DNA of 21,571 nt from an uncultured virus (IMG/VR IMGVR_UViG_2739367660_000007). Taxonomy: Duplodnaviria > Heunggongvirae > Uroviricota > Caudoviricetes. The position numbers were made by a program, and so were the translations under genes. The DNA is taken from IMG/VR virus record IMGVR_UViG_2739367660_000007, one strand, 5' to 3'. Below, piece after piece: positions 8,641 to 17,556 of the stretch. Below the pieces are notes generated by a model, which worked only from the letters and a program-made list of their open reading frames with translations, ran no database searches and was not told the DNA's origin. Within the stretch, counting starts at the first letter, position 1. Each line of letters begins with the position of its first letter.

Positions 8641-9546
8641 CGCCCCGGGATCGGCGATCTGTGGTTTGACACTTCGAGCAACAGCAAATGCTACCGCTGG
8701 GGCGGGGCCAACTGGATCTCTGTGCAGGACGGCAATATTCCCGATCTGCTGTCCACCACATCGGCGCAGTCTTCGGCGATCACCAGCCTGCAGAATGATC
8801 TGGCGGGCAAGGCCCCGGCCTCGGCGCTGAATGCCCTGACGACGCGGGTGACGACGGCGGAGGGCAATATCACCGCCAATGCCGGTGCCCTGACGGCGCT
8901 CAGCGCCGATGTGGGGAAGTTCGCGGCGGCAGGAAAGTTCCGGGTCAGCGTCGAGGCCACGCCTTCCGGTGCCACTTCGCGCATCGGCCTTTCCGCCACG
9001 GCCTCGGGCGGGGCCACCACCCAGACGGCGGCGCTGTTTCTGGAGGCCACCAGCTCGGGCGTGGGGCGGGTGCTGATCGATGCCGACCGCTTTGCCATCC
9101 TCAACGGAACCACACGGGATGTGCCCTTCGTGGTGGATGGTGGCGCCACCTATATCAGGAAGGCCATGATCAAATCCGGCGATATCGATGCCGACAAGAT
9201 CGACACCGACAGCTTCAGCACTGCCGGCATGGCGCTGTTCGGCGGCACGCTGCAATCCGACAATTATGCCCCGGGCGCGGCGGGCTGGCGCATCCGCAGG
9301 AACGGTGTTGCCGAGTTCTGGGGCCTGATCGTGCGCGGCTCGATCCAGGACGGTGCGGTCTCTGACCGGGCGGTCACCGCGCGGCCGGGCGACTGGACCA
9401 ATGACACGACGGGGTCCTGGAGTGTGGTGAACACCGTCACCCTGACCGGCCTGTCCCCCGATGCCATCTACTTTGCCAATATCAAGCTGGAGAGCACCGC
9501 AAGTATGCGCCAGTATGTCCGCAGCCGTGGAGGTGAGACCGCATGA
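8641..9546 (+). pseudogene. Truncated phage tail tip/host-specificity (gpJ-like, DUF1983-like) protein fragment
   Basis: Frame is open from 8641 (IGDLWFDTSSNSKCYRWGGANW) right after an in-frame TGA, with no proper start. Coiled-coil-like repeats, then LIDADRFAI..PFVVDGGATYIRKAMI..IDADKI and LQSDNY..GAAGWRIRRNGVAEF, typical of the gpJ C-terminal region. Confidence 0.75.
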
Positions 9547-9761
9547 GCAACTTTGCAGGCGGTGTAATCGTGGTCCTGCTGCTGATCTTTAATGTTTGGC
9601 TCTACTTTTTCGTACCGGCGTCCATGGCGACCGAGCGCGGCCGGTCGCCTGTTGCCTGGGTCATTGTCGGTTTGTTGCTGACACCATTCGCTGCCATCAT
9701 AGCGCTGGTGTTTCTCGGCGGAACTCCTGGAACGCCTCCCTCGGGTTTACGCAAGTCGTAG
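9543..9761 (+). CDS. Small membrane protein
   Basis: Strong GGAGGT RBS. Two hydrophobic stretches flank ATERGRSPVAW. Confidence 0.7.
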   Translation: MSNFAGGVIVVLLLIFNVWLYFFVPASMATERGRSPVAWVIVGLLLTPFAAIIALVFLGGTPGTPPSGLRKS

Positions 9762-9914
9762 AAGAGAAGCCGATCTACGGACCTGTGCCTTCGGTAGCTA
9801 AGCCTTTTGCCGCTGGTCGTGACCTAGGACTTTCTGTTAGGCAGCGCTCAGCGAAACGGTCGTTCGCTTGATGCCGCAGTTCGATAACTCGGTGCAAACC
9901 GTTGGTCTAGGCGT

Positions 9915-10325
9915 TCAAGTTCCGATGATGGATCTGACAAAGAGATCAAGGGTCCGCCCTGCCGGACGATGCGAGATTGACGCGCATCGATGGGCGAGAT
10001 GCTGAACGATGTTTGCATCCTCATAGAGCTCGGTCTCAAACAATTCGAGGACCCCAATGGCCCGACCGATGTCTTTGCCGTAGGCTGCCAGATCAACTTT
10101 CTGGTTCTGGAAACCAGCGGCCTTGGTCGGGAAAGGATAGGCGATGTTCAATTCGAAAATTCGATCATTCGCACTGCGAACAAGGAAGGCTTGCCCGTAA
10201 TGGGTATCGTTGCCGAAATTCGAGTTAGGATCCTTGGCGCCGAAGTCGATATAGGCATACCGATAAGGATCGCTGATTGGCAGCAGGACAGTGCGCCCGC
10301 GCGGGAAACGTTCATGAAGCATCGG
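9915..10325 (-). pseudogene. C-terminal fragment of a NurA-domain nuclease
   Basis: FGNDTHYGQAFLVRS...IAYPF...LYEDANIVQHLAHRCASISHRPAGRTL resembles the C-terminus of bacterial NurA-like proteins (LAH..ASIS motif). The 5' part is replaced by the opposite-strand phage gene. Lower GC than the flanks. Confidence 0.6.
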
Positions 10326-10341
10326 CTGAGGAGGCCGCAGA

Positions 10342-10755
10342 ATGAGCATCGACTGGAGCAGGACGATTACCGCCGAGGCCCGCGCCGCAACCGCGCTGGA
10401 GGCCGCCAAAGCCGAGGCCCGTGTCACGCTGGCAGCGGCCGTCACCGCCGCCCGCGCCACGCTGATCACCGATCTGCCGGGGCAGAGCATGATCTACCTC
10501 GCCAAGGAAGCTGAAGCCCGCGCCTGGATGGCCGATCCCATACCGGACCCCGCCGCCTATCCGCTGCTTTCGGCCGAGCTGGGCATCACCGCCCCCGATG
10601 GCGCCAGCCTCGCGCAGATCTGGCTCAACCTCGCCACCCTCTGGCGCAGCACCGCCGCCGGTCTGGAGGCCCTCCGCCTCACCGCCAGCGCCGCAATCGA
10701 CGCCGCGACGACACTTGAGGAGGTCGGCTCGGCGATGGAAGGCCTGGTGATTTGA
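10342..10755 (+). CDS. Phage tail-fibre-associated hypothetical protein
   Basis: GAGGAG RBS. ITDLPGQSMIYLAKEAEARAW...YPLLSAELGIT motif is seen in small genes downstream of phage tail fibres. Confidence 0.7.
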   Translation: MSIDWSRTITAEARAATALEAAKAEARVTLAAAVTAARATLITDLPGQSMIYLAKEAEARAWMADPIPDPAAYPLLSAELGITAPDGASLAQIWLNLATLWRSTAAGLEALRLTASAAIDAATTLEEVGSAMEGLVI

Positions 10756-10849
10756 GGGCTGGCGTTAACCGGGGCTTTGCAGCACCCTTTGACGGTAGAG
10801 GCAAAAAATCGCTCTGCTGCAGGATTTGGTGTAAAACTCTGCAGCTTTT

Positions 10850-10891
10850 GCCGTCACGCTACATCAGTCACGCTACAGCCGTCACGCTACA
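10850..10891 (+). repeat. Three tandem 14-bp units ending in GTCACGCTACA (putative stacked Mu-like right termini)
   Basis: GCCGTCACGCTACA (10850-63), TCAGTCACGCTACA (10864-77), GCCGTCACGCTACA (10878-91). Each ends in CA like a DDE transposon terminus and follows the last tail gene. Confidence 0.85.
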
Positions 10892-11176
10892 GCTGTGAGT
10901 TGACACAGAAAACTGCACAAAGGTGGGAACAGTCGGGAAGGAGTGGGATGCTTTGGTAAGTCATTGGTTCAAGGTAGTTTTATGAGGTTTAGATCTCGCT
11001 CCGGCTGCTTGCCTGTCGGGGAAACTATGAACGCAAGCGCGTAAGCCCCTTTATGTTAGATCTTCGAAACGGGCGATTTGCCCTGCGGAGAAGGGACCGT
11101 TTAAGTGTCCGTTTTCACGACGAGAAATTGCGATCTTGAGCCTGTGGCGGCTGAAAATCGCGGCTGAACTGGCCAT

Positions 11177-11295
11177 CCGAACATGCAAATCGGGCCGCAA
11201 GTTTCCGGAGCCAGTTGCATGTTCGGTTAAGTCATTGATTTTGCGTCGGTTTGACCTACAGAGCCGCGCAATGCCTCGCCCAGAACATGCAACTG
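11177..11295. repeat. Three GAACATGCAA-core sites in alternating orientation around an IHF consensus site
   Basis: CCGAACATGCAA (11177-88), CAGTTGCATGTTCGG (11212-26), GAACATGCAACTG (11283-95). TAAGTCATTGATT (11228-40) is the reverse complement of WATCAANNNNTTR. Confidence 0.75.
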
Positions 11296-11363
11296 ATTTT
11301 TCGCCTGCGGATGCTTGATTGGCAGGGGTCTTCTATGAGGCGGGCGACTGCGTCGAAGGGTAA

Positions 11364-11382
11364 CTCAGGCGAAACGCCTGAG
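11364..11382 (-). terminator. Hairpin downstream of the res gene, possible terminator
   Basis: Perfect 8-bp stem CTCAGGCG-AAA-CGCCTGAG about 15 nt after the res stop. The U-tract is weak. Confidence 0.45.
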
Positions 11383-11397
11383 GGATTTCTGCACAGT

Positions 11398-14190
11398 CTA
11401 AGAATGCCTCGAAACGATGTCATGCACCTGCGCGGCCTCAAATGCGACGTCGCATGCCCATGTTCCAAAACCGCCTGCAGAGTTGATGGCACTTACCCAT
11501 TCGGCCAGCGCGTCGCGCTTGGCCTTATTCTGTGGGCTGTCTACCCCTTTGATTTCAAGCGCGAGGGTGACGCCATTCCGTAACCGGACTATGAAATCCG
11601 GGACGTAACGCCGCCGCGATCCTTGCCAGAGGTAGTGGATATGGAATCCAAGGTGATCATTCTTGGCGAAGGACACGACTTCATCCCGCGTCTCGAAGAC
11701 GTTCGCGGCATAGCCTTCCCAAGCGGAGTCCCCGACCACGTGGCTGATATGGGACTTGATGGTCGGGTAGTTGGGCTTCGTCGTATACCAAGGGCGCATC
11801 TGGCTGGTGCTGCCGATAGGGTTTTCCTCATCAAAGACCGGCGTCAGCTCGGTCGTGTTCTGGCTGGTAACGAACCGCATCAGGTGCTGAACCACGGTGT
11901 CGATGTTCAGCGCAATCAACACACGGCGGCGGATAGGGTCGGCGTGGAACAAAGACGGGATGTCCACCTTTGCACTGGCGAGGAAGGTTTCGACCAGACG
12001 GATCAACTGCAGCAGGAGGTATTCCTCGTTACCGCTGAAGTTACCCTTCAATGTAGAGAAGGCCTTTCGCGCCGCAACGAAGGTAAGCCGTTGCAGCCGA
12101 AAGCCCTCGGGCAACGATGCCAGATCGATACTGCGGACCTTGCTCATGTCCGTGGCGCCGCCAAGCGCGGGGGCAAGTTCTGCTGAGATCGCTGTGGCTG
12201 CCGGATCGAGGGTCAACACATCGACAGCATCCCAGTCGACCGTCAGAACCGGCTTCACCACGGTTTCGATCCGCAGTATATTCGGCCAGCACAGTTCGAA
12301 TTCTGCCCGTTCGGGGATCACGTCGATCTGGGTAGAAGGCTTCGGTGGCGGTGGCGCCTCACCGCCCTCAGCGGGTTCGTAAATCGACAGCGGCACGCCG
12401 AAGACGTTGACGTATTCCGGGCGGAACAGACCATTTTCGTCGGTGTCATAGGTCACGCGCCGAAGGCCACGGCCGATGACCTGTTCGCAGAGCAACTGCG
12501 AGGTGAATGCCCTGAGCCCCATGATGTGTGTGACGTTCTTCGCGTCCCACCCCTCGGACAGCATGGCGACCGAGATGACTTTTTGAAGGTCCTGCCCGGC
12601 GCCGCCGCGTTTGCCGACGTTGTCGACGATCTCGCGCAGAAGCTCCTCTTTCTTGAGGGCCTTGAGCCGATCCTTCCGGGACTCCGGGATCCGGGCCGCA
12701 TCCACGATCCCTTGCAGCCGCTCCTCATAGCCCTTGTCGGCCGTGGCGGTCTCCCCGACCTCGGCCTTCTCGAGCACGCGCGAGTCGACGCGAAGGGTCT
12801 GCATGGGCGAGGACAGTTCCTGCCAATGCACGTCGCCCTGATTGAAGTAGTGCTCGATCCTGGCGGCGGTCTCTGTCCGATTGCAGACCGTCAGCATCAC
12901 GGGGGGGGAGTGGTGTCCTGCCTCCGCCCACTGGCTCCGGGTTTCGCGCCAGTCCGCGCCCAGCAGGGTGTAGGCGTCCTGCACCAGCTTTGGCAGTGCT
13001 TCGTGCGGTTCCGCACCTCTCCTGTTCAGGTCGTCTGACACCTCCTTCTCACGGTAGAGGTGATAGAGTTTTGGGCGAAGTGTCTGGGCATTCGGCATTC
13101 CGCCATCGCGCACTACGACGCGCGGCGTCTTGACCAGCCCCGCCTCGATCGCGTCGTTCAGACCGAAGTCCGAGACGATCCAGTCGAACAGCGCGGTGTC
13201 GGTGCTGGCTTTGCCAGTTGGCGCAAAGGGGGTGGCGGACAGGTCGAAGCAGCGCTGGATGCGGCGGGTCTTGTGCAGCCGGTCCAGCCCATCGATCCAG
13301 CGCGTCGCCTCGTCCAGGTCGATTCCCTGTTCCGCGGCCGCCTTCTTGCTGATCTTCACCTCGGCGGGCTTGCGATAGGCATGGTGCGCTTCGTCGTTGA
13401 TCACGACGATGTCCTTGTGCGCCGCCAGCTTGCCTAGCACGCGCCGGGTAAAGGCCTCGTCGGACTCAGCGCCTTTTTTCACGACGGACCGCTTCGGTTC
13501 GGCCGCGGGCATCAGCGTATGCCAGTTCTCGATCCGCACCTCGGCCTGGTTCAACTTCTGGCGCATCGCCTCGGACGGGCACAGGTTGAACTCGTCGTAA
13601 TAGCTGCCCTCGCTGGGCATCAGCACCTGCAGCCGTTCCTTCACGGTCAGCCCCGGCGCCACGATGAAGATCGCCCGCGCGAAATCTTTGTTCCGCTTGG
13701 GATAAGTCAGCGCGTTCAGCACCTGCCAGGTGATGATCATCGACATGACCGTGGTCTTGCCCGACCCGGTTGCCATCTTGTTGCAGAGCCGCTCCCACGG
13801 GCCACCATCGCCCGGAATGACGATCCCCTGCTTGAATTCCTCGGCCCCCTCGACCCACCAGATCAGGGTCTCGATCGCCTCCAGCTGGCAGAAGTAGAAG
13901 GGATAGGGCCGGATGCCCTCGGTCCGGTCGTGCCAGTGTTCCAGCAGTTTGCGCGTGACGATGGTGATGCCGGGCCAGCCTGCCGCGCGCCATGCATCCA
14001 CCCGGCCGCGGATCGTGTTCACCAGGTTAAGCGTTTCCACCCGTTTGGTGTTGTTGCGCGAGTCGATCACTTCGTAACTCGCAGGGCGGCGTTCGGGCTT
14101 AATTTCCAGCTTCGCGCCCTGGCCTTCCACCCAGTGCTGGGCCGGGCAAACGAAGGGCGAGTTGATGATCAGGGACTTCGGCTTCTCCAT
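11398..14190 (-). CDS. Type III-like restriction endonuclease Res subunit (SF2 helicase plus PD-(D/E)xK nuclease; BPTD_3080-like)
   Basis: MATGSGKT Walker A, INDEAHH Walker B, SATP, MLSEGWD, QVIGRGLR, C-terminal YVPDFIV...LEIKG. ATG 14190 preferred over TTG 14199. Confidence 0.9.
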   Translation of the reverse strand: MEKPKSLIINSPFVCPAQHWVEGQGAKLEIKPERRPASYEVIDSRNNTKRVETLNLVNTIRGRVDAWRAAGWPGITIVTRKLLEHWHDRTEGIRPYPFYFCQLEAIETLIWWVEGAEEFKQGIVIPGDGGPWERLCNKMATGSGKTTVMSMIITWQVLNALTYPKRNKDFARAIFIVAPGLTVKERLQVLMPSEGSYYDEFNLCPSEAMRQKLNQAEVRIENWHTLMPAAEPKRSVVKKGAESDEAFTRRVLGKLAAHKDIVVINDEAHHAYRKPAEVKISKKAAAEQGIDLDEATRWIDGLDRLHKTRRIQRCFDLSATPFAPTGKASTDTALFDWIVSDFGLNDAIEAGLVKTPRVVVRDGGMPNAQTLRPKLYHLYREKEVSDDLNRRGAEPHEALPKLVQDAYTLLGADWRETRSQWAEAGHHSPPVMLTVCNRTETAARIEHYFNQGDVHWQELSSPMQTLRVDSRVLEKAEVGETATADKGYEERLQGIVDAARIPESRKDRLKALKKEELLREIVDNVGKRGGAGQDLQKVISVAMLSEGWDAKNVTHIMGLRAFTSQLLCEQVIGRGLRRVTYDTDENGLFRPEYVNVFGVPLSIYEPAEGGEAPPPPKPSTQIDVIPERAEFELCWPNILRIETVVKPVLTVDWDAVDVLTLDPAATAISAELAPALGGATDMSKVRSIDLASLPEGFRLQRLTFVAARKAFSTLKGNFSGNEEYLLLQLIRLVETFLASAKVDIPSLFHADPIRRRVLIALNIDTVVQHLMRFVTSQNTTELTPVFDEENPIGSTSQMRPWYTTKPNYPTIKSHISHVVGDSAWEGYAANVFETRDEVVSFAKNDHLGFHIHYLWQGSRRRYVPDFIVRLRNGVTLALEIKGVDSPQNKAKRDALAEWVSAINSAGGFGTWACDVAFEAAQVHDIVSRHS

Positions 14191-14195
14191 GCGCT

Positions 14196-17100
14196 TCAAG
14201 CCCCCAGCGCGATGATCTTGAGGCTTTCGATCCCCCGGTCATCGACGATCTTTACCGCAACCCGCCGCTGATCCCCCGCCTCGAAGGGCAGCGACACCGT
14301 GCCGTGGAACTGCTCCAGCAGGTCCTCGTCCAGCTCGGCGCGGATGGTCTTTTTCAGGCGGTTCCAGCCGTCCTTCGCCCCGGCCATGGGGAAGAACACC
14401 TGATGCGGCATCAGGCTACGACCGTCATAGTCGGTATCCAGCGACCACATGGCGATGTTCTGCGGCCCACCGCCTTCAAGCTTTCCTGTTCTTGGGTCGA
14501 AATAATCAAAGCCAACTACATGGATACGATACATCCCATTTGGGAGCTCTTCGGGGTAGGCTTCAGGCTGGCCCATCAGCCAGAAGCTCTGGTTCGATGA
14601 TTTCGCCTTTTTCAGATCCTCGGTCAGCAGGTCAGTGTTCATCTGCGCCTTCAGCAGGGTCACGCCCGGCCATTGCATCTCGTCGATATCCTTGGCGGCC
14701 TCGGGGTCAAAGGTGAAGGCGCAGAACACCACGAACTTGGGCTTCGGCACCAGCTTCTGCGCGTCCTCGATGGCGCGTTCGACCTGCTTTTGCTCCAGCG
14801 CGGCGTGTTCGGGGCCGAAACTGACGGCAATCGTCTCGCCCGTCTCGGCGACCGAGCCCACGGCATGGATATGCGACAGGCCGGGGGCGACCTGCAGATC
14901 GGTGATCTTCAGCATCGCGCCGCCCTTGGCGCGCAGGCCGGTGCGGACCAGTTCATCGCGCCACTGCGTCTGGCGCGAGGTTTCACCGGACCGCGCGACC
15001 GTGGCATCAGCCTGGTCGGGGGCGATCACATCGTCCAGCGACAGGACCGATGGCGCGGGCACAGCCTCGACGCTGAAGGGGCCGGTGATGCGCAGGCGGG
15101 TCTTGTCCACCTCTGGCTTGTCATACAGCGTTTCCTGATCGGCATGGGCCTTGATGCTGGCATCCATCGCGGCCTGCATCGCCTGCCGCGCGGCGTGGAA
15201 CGCGGCGAAGGGTTCGGCAGCGGCGGCGGGCCAGTCGTCGGGCAGATCAAACGGCACTTCCCATTCCTCCAGCCTCTCGCCCTTGGCGAAGGTCACGGGC
15301 TTGCCCTTGCGCGCGCCTTGGGCGGGGCGGAAGGGCGGGGCGTTGCTGAGGGTGGCGTTCAGCGCGTCCAGCGCCGTGACGATGGCGGGGTGTTTGCTGT
15401 CGTAGATCGAGTCGATCTCAGGGTTGGTGACGATTGACTTCAACATGATGTGGGGGATGGTCTTGTAAACGAACCCACCTTTCAGCCCTTCATGTGGATA
15501 GGCGAGACGGAAGTAGTCGAAACTGGCGGTCATCAGCCGCTGCTTGGCCAGCGTGATCGCCACGCGGCTGGTGTCGCAGGTGATCCAGCGGCGGCCCCAT
15601 TTTTCGGCGACGAAGGCGGTGGTGCCCGAGCCGCAGGTTGGGTCGAGCACCAGATCGCCTGGGTCTGTGGTCATCAACATGCAGCGTTCGACGACCTTCT
15701 GAACCGTCTGAACAACATAAACTTTATCCGCCATAAAGCTCGCGCCGACATCGGTCCAGTTGTTCGAGATAGGAAATACAGGGAAGTCGTCGAGGAAGCG
15801 GACATAACCGATACGTGAGTCTGTTCCCTCAATGCGGGCGGCCTTTTTTAGCCGCTCCATGCCCTCCTCGTTGGTTTTCCAGCGAACTTGCATGGATGGA
15901 CGATATTCTTGCCCGCACAGCGAAACGGGGAACCAAGAGGCCGCGCCCTCGCCCTTTTCACGGCCTGCGCCTTGGCTTGTTATGTTGTCTAGACTGTAGA
16001 TTTTGGAGCCGGGGACAGCAGAGGCCGGAACGTCATCGACGTAGGAATTGGCGCTAACGCTACCAAACTTAGGATTGAAAACCCGATTATAGTTAGTGCC
16101 GCCAGCTTCGCCAGCCGCCTTCTCATTATATATCGGTCGAAACTTTATTTTCCCGTCTTTGACCGACTTTCCATACCACACAATGTAATCTGCGACATTC
16201 GATAGATTGTCGTTTGTTGAGCTTGAGGTTTTAACAAATGTGATCACAGAGACAAAATTCTCAGCTCCAAGAACCTCGTCGAGAATCTCTCGCACATGAT
16301 GCAAGTTCTCGTCGCCAATCTGCACGAAGACCGACCCGCTCTCGTGCAGCAGCTCTTTGGCCAACCACAGCCGGTCGCGCAGATAGGTCAGGTAGGAATG
16401 GATGCCCAGTTCCCAGGTGTCCCGGAACGCCTTGATCATCTCGGGTTCCTGGGTCAGGTCCGCATCCGCGCCGTCCTTCACGTCGCGCTTGTTGGTGAAG
16501 GGCTGAAAGTTCGACCCGTATTTGATGCCATAGGGCGGGTCGATGTAGATCATCTGCACCCGGCCCGCCATCGCCTCTTTCTGCAAAAGCGAGTTCATCA
16601 CCAGCAGGCTGTCGCCCGCGATCAGCCGGTTCGACCAGCCCTTTTCGTGGTGGTAGAAATCCAGCGCCTGCCGCAGCGGCAGGTTTTCGAACGGAGCGGC
16701 GAACAGATCGGCCTGACGCCAGACCTCGGCCGCCTTCGCCTCACCCTTCAGCCGCTTGCGCGCATTGGCCAGAATCGTCGCCGGGTCCACCCGTTCATGG
16801 ACATGCAGGGATACGGTATCGACCTGAAAGCTCGTCCTCTCCGCCTTGCCCGCCCAGTTGAGGTAAGGCGCCTGCAACGCGCGCAGTTCCGCCAGCGCAT
16901 CCTTCATCGTGGCAGGATTGTCCGAGGCCAGCGCATCGTCGATCAGCTTTTCCACCCGGGCGCGCTGGCTGTCGAACATCAGCGCCGGGTCAAGGTGCGG
17001 ATCATAGGCCCAGACGGTTTTCGGCTGGTCGGGGTCATTGTCGGGGTGGACCATGCCGACCTCGGGGTTGTTCACCCGCGTGTCGGTGTGGCGATAGCTG

Positions 17101-17438
17101 ATGACCTGCGCCGGTTCACCCGACTTGCGCGGCGCGGCCTTGGCCTTGGCAGCAGGGCGTTTCGCCTTCGGTGCGGGTTCCTCGGTCGGGGTCAGTTCGA
17201 AATCGTCGTCCTGATCCTCGTCCTCGTCATCCTCGGTGATCAGGTAAACCGACCCGCCGCGCCCCTTGCCCTTGCCAAGGATGCCTTCATCCACCAGCGC
17301 GTCCTTGGCCGCGGCGTAATCCTCGTCCGTCAGATTGGGCAGGGTTTCCCGCAGCCGCGCGATCAGGGCACCATTGCCGATGGCAGAGCCGTCTTCGGGA
17401 ATATGGCTAAGGACAAGATCACGCAGTGAATCGGACAT
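14196..17438 (-). CDS. Type III-like Mod subunit, beta-class amino-DNA methyltransferase
   Basis: Catalytic IYIDPPY precedes the SAM-binding VLDPTCGSGTT (beta order). C-terminal AVKIVDDRGIE. Directly upstream of res. Confidence 0.92.
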   Translation of the reverse strand: MSDSLRDLVLSHIPEDGSAIGNGALIARLRETLPNLTDEDYAAAKDALVDEGILGKGKGRGGSVYLITEDDEDEDQDDDFELTPTEEPAPKAKRPAAKAKAAPRKSGEPAQVISYRHTDTRVNNPEVGMVHPDNDPDQPKTVWAYDPHLDPALMFDSQRARVEKLIDDALASDNPATMKDALAELRALQAPYLNWAGKAERTSFQVDTVSLHVHERVDPATILANARKRLKGEAKAAEVWRQADLFAAPFENLPLRQALDFYHHEKGWSNRLIAGDSLLVMNSLLQKEAMAGRVQMIYIDPPYGIKYGSNFQPFTNKRDVKDGADADLTQEPEMIKAFRDTWELGIHSYLTYLRDRLWLAKELLHESGSVFVQIGDENLHHVREILDEVLGAENFVSVITFVKTSSSTNDNLSNVADYIVWYGKSVKDGKIKFRPIYNEKAAGEAGGTNYNRVFNPKFGSVSANSYVDDVPASAVPGSKIYSLDNITSQGAGREKGEGAASWFPVSLCGQEYRPSMQVRWKTNEEGMERLKKAARIEGTDSRIGYVRFLDDFPVFPISNNWTDVGASFMADKVYVVQTVQKVVERCMLMTTDPGDLVLDPTCGSGTTAFVAEKWGRRWITCDTSRVAITLAKQRLMTASFDYFRLAYPHEGLKGGFVYKTIPHIMLKSIVTNPEIDSIYDSKHPAIVTALDALNATLSNAPPFRPAQGARKGKPVTFAKGERLEEWEVPFDLPDDWPAAAAEPFAAFHAARQAMQAAMDASIKAHADQETLYDKPEVDKTRLRITGPFSVEAVPAPSVLSLDDVIAPDQADATVARSGETSRQTQWRDELVRTGLRAKGGAMLKITDLQVAPGLSHIHAVGSVAETGETIAVSFGPEHAALEQKQVERAIEDAQKLVPKPKFVVFCAFTFDPEAAKDIDEMQWPGVTLLKAQMNTDLLTEDLKKAKSSNQSFWLMGQPEAYPEELPNGMYRIHVVGFDYFDPRTGKLEGGGPQNIAMWSLDTDYDGRSLMPHQVFFPMAGAKDGWNRLKKTIRAELDEDLLEQFHGTVSLPFEAGDQRRVAVKIVDDRGIESLKIIALGA

Positions 17439-17556
17439 AGGGAACCTTCGGCATCATAATTCAGGGTCAAGCTAAGGAATTTTCGGTTAGATTACAGCCC
17501 CTAGTTGATGAGTGTGGTCAGGTCATCGGAACCAGGTTCTTTTCACTCAGAGCCTG

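Noticed and set aside
9850..9868. AGCGAA-N7-TTCGCT hairpin as a terminator or cassette site
   Set aside because: It is a short stem with no U-tract and no second copy in the window.
9915..10490. ORF-track 191-aa minus-strand ORF as an intact gene
   Set aside because: Its N-terminal third is the antisense of the tail-associated gene 10342-10755. Only the part below about 10325 looks like a real protein.
10850..10905. Tandem 14-bp units as a mini CRISPR array
   Set aside because: The 11-bp repeat and 3-bp spacers are far too short, and no cas genes are present.
10777..11583. Short plus-strand ORFs in the prophage-end region
   Set aside because: They have weak TTG-type starts, no RBS or recognisable motifs, and overlap cis-acting repeats or the res 3' end.
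14196..17438. Phase-variable simple sequence repeat in mod
   Set aside because: No SSR or long homopolymer tract was seen in the gene or just upstream.
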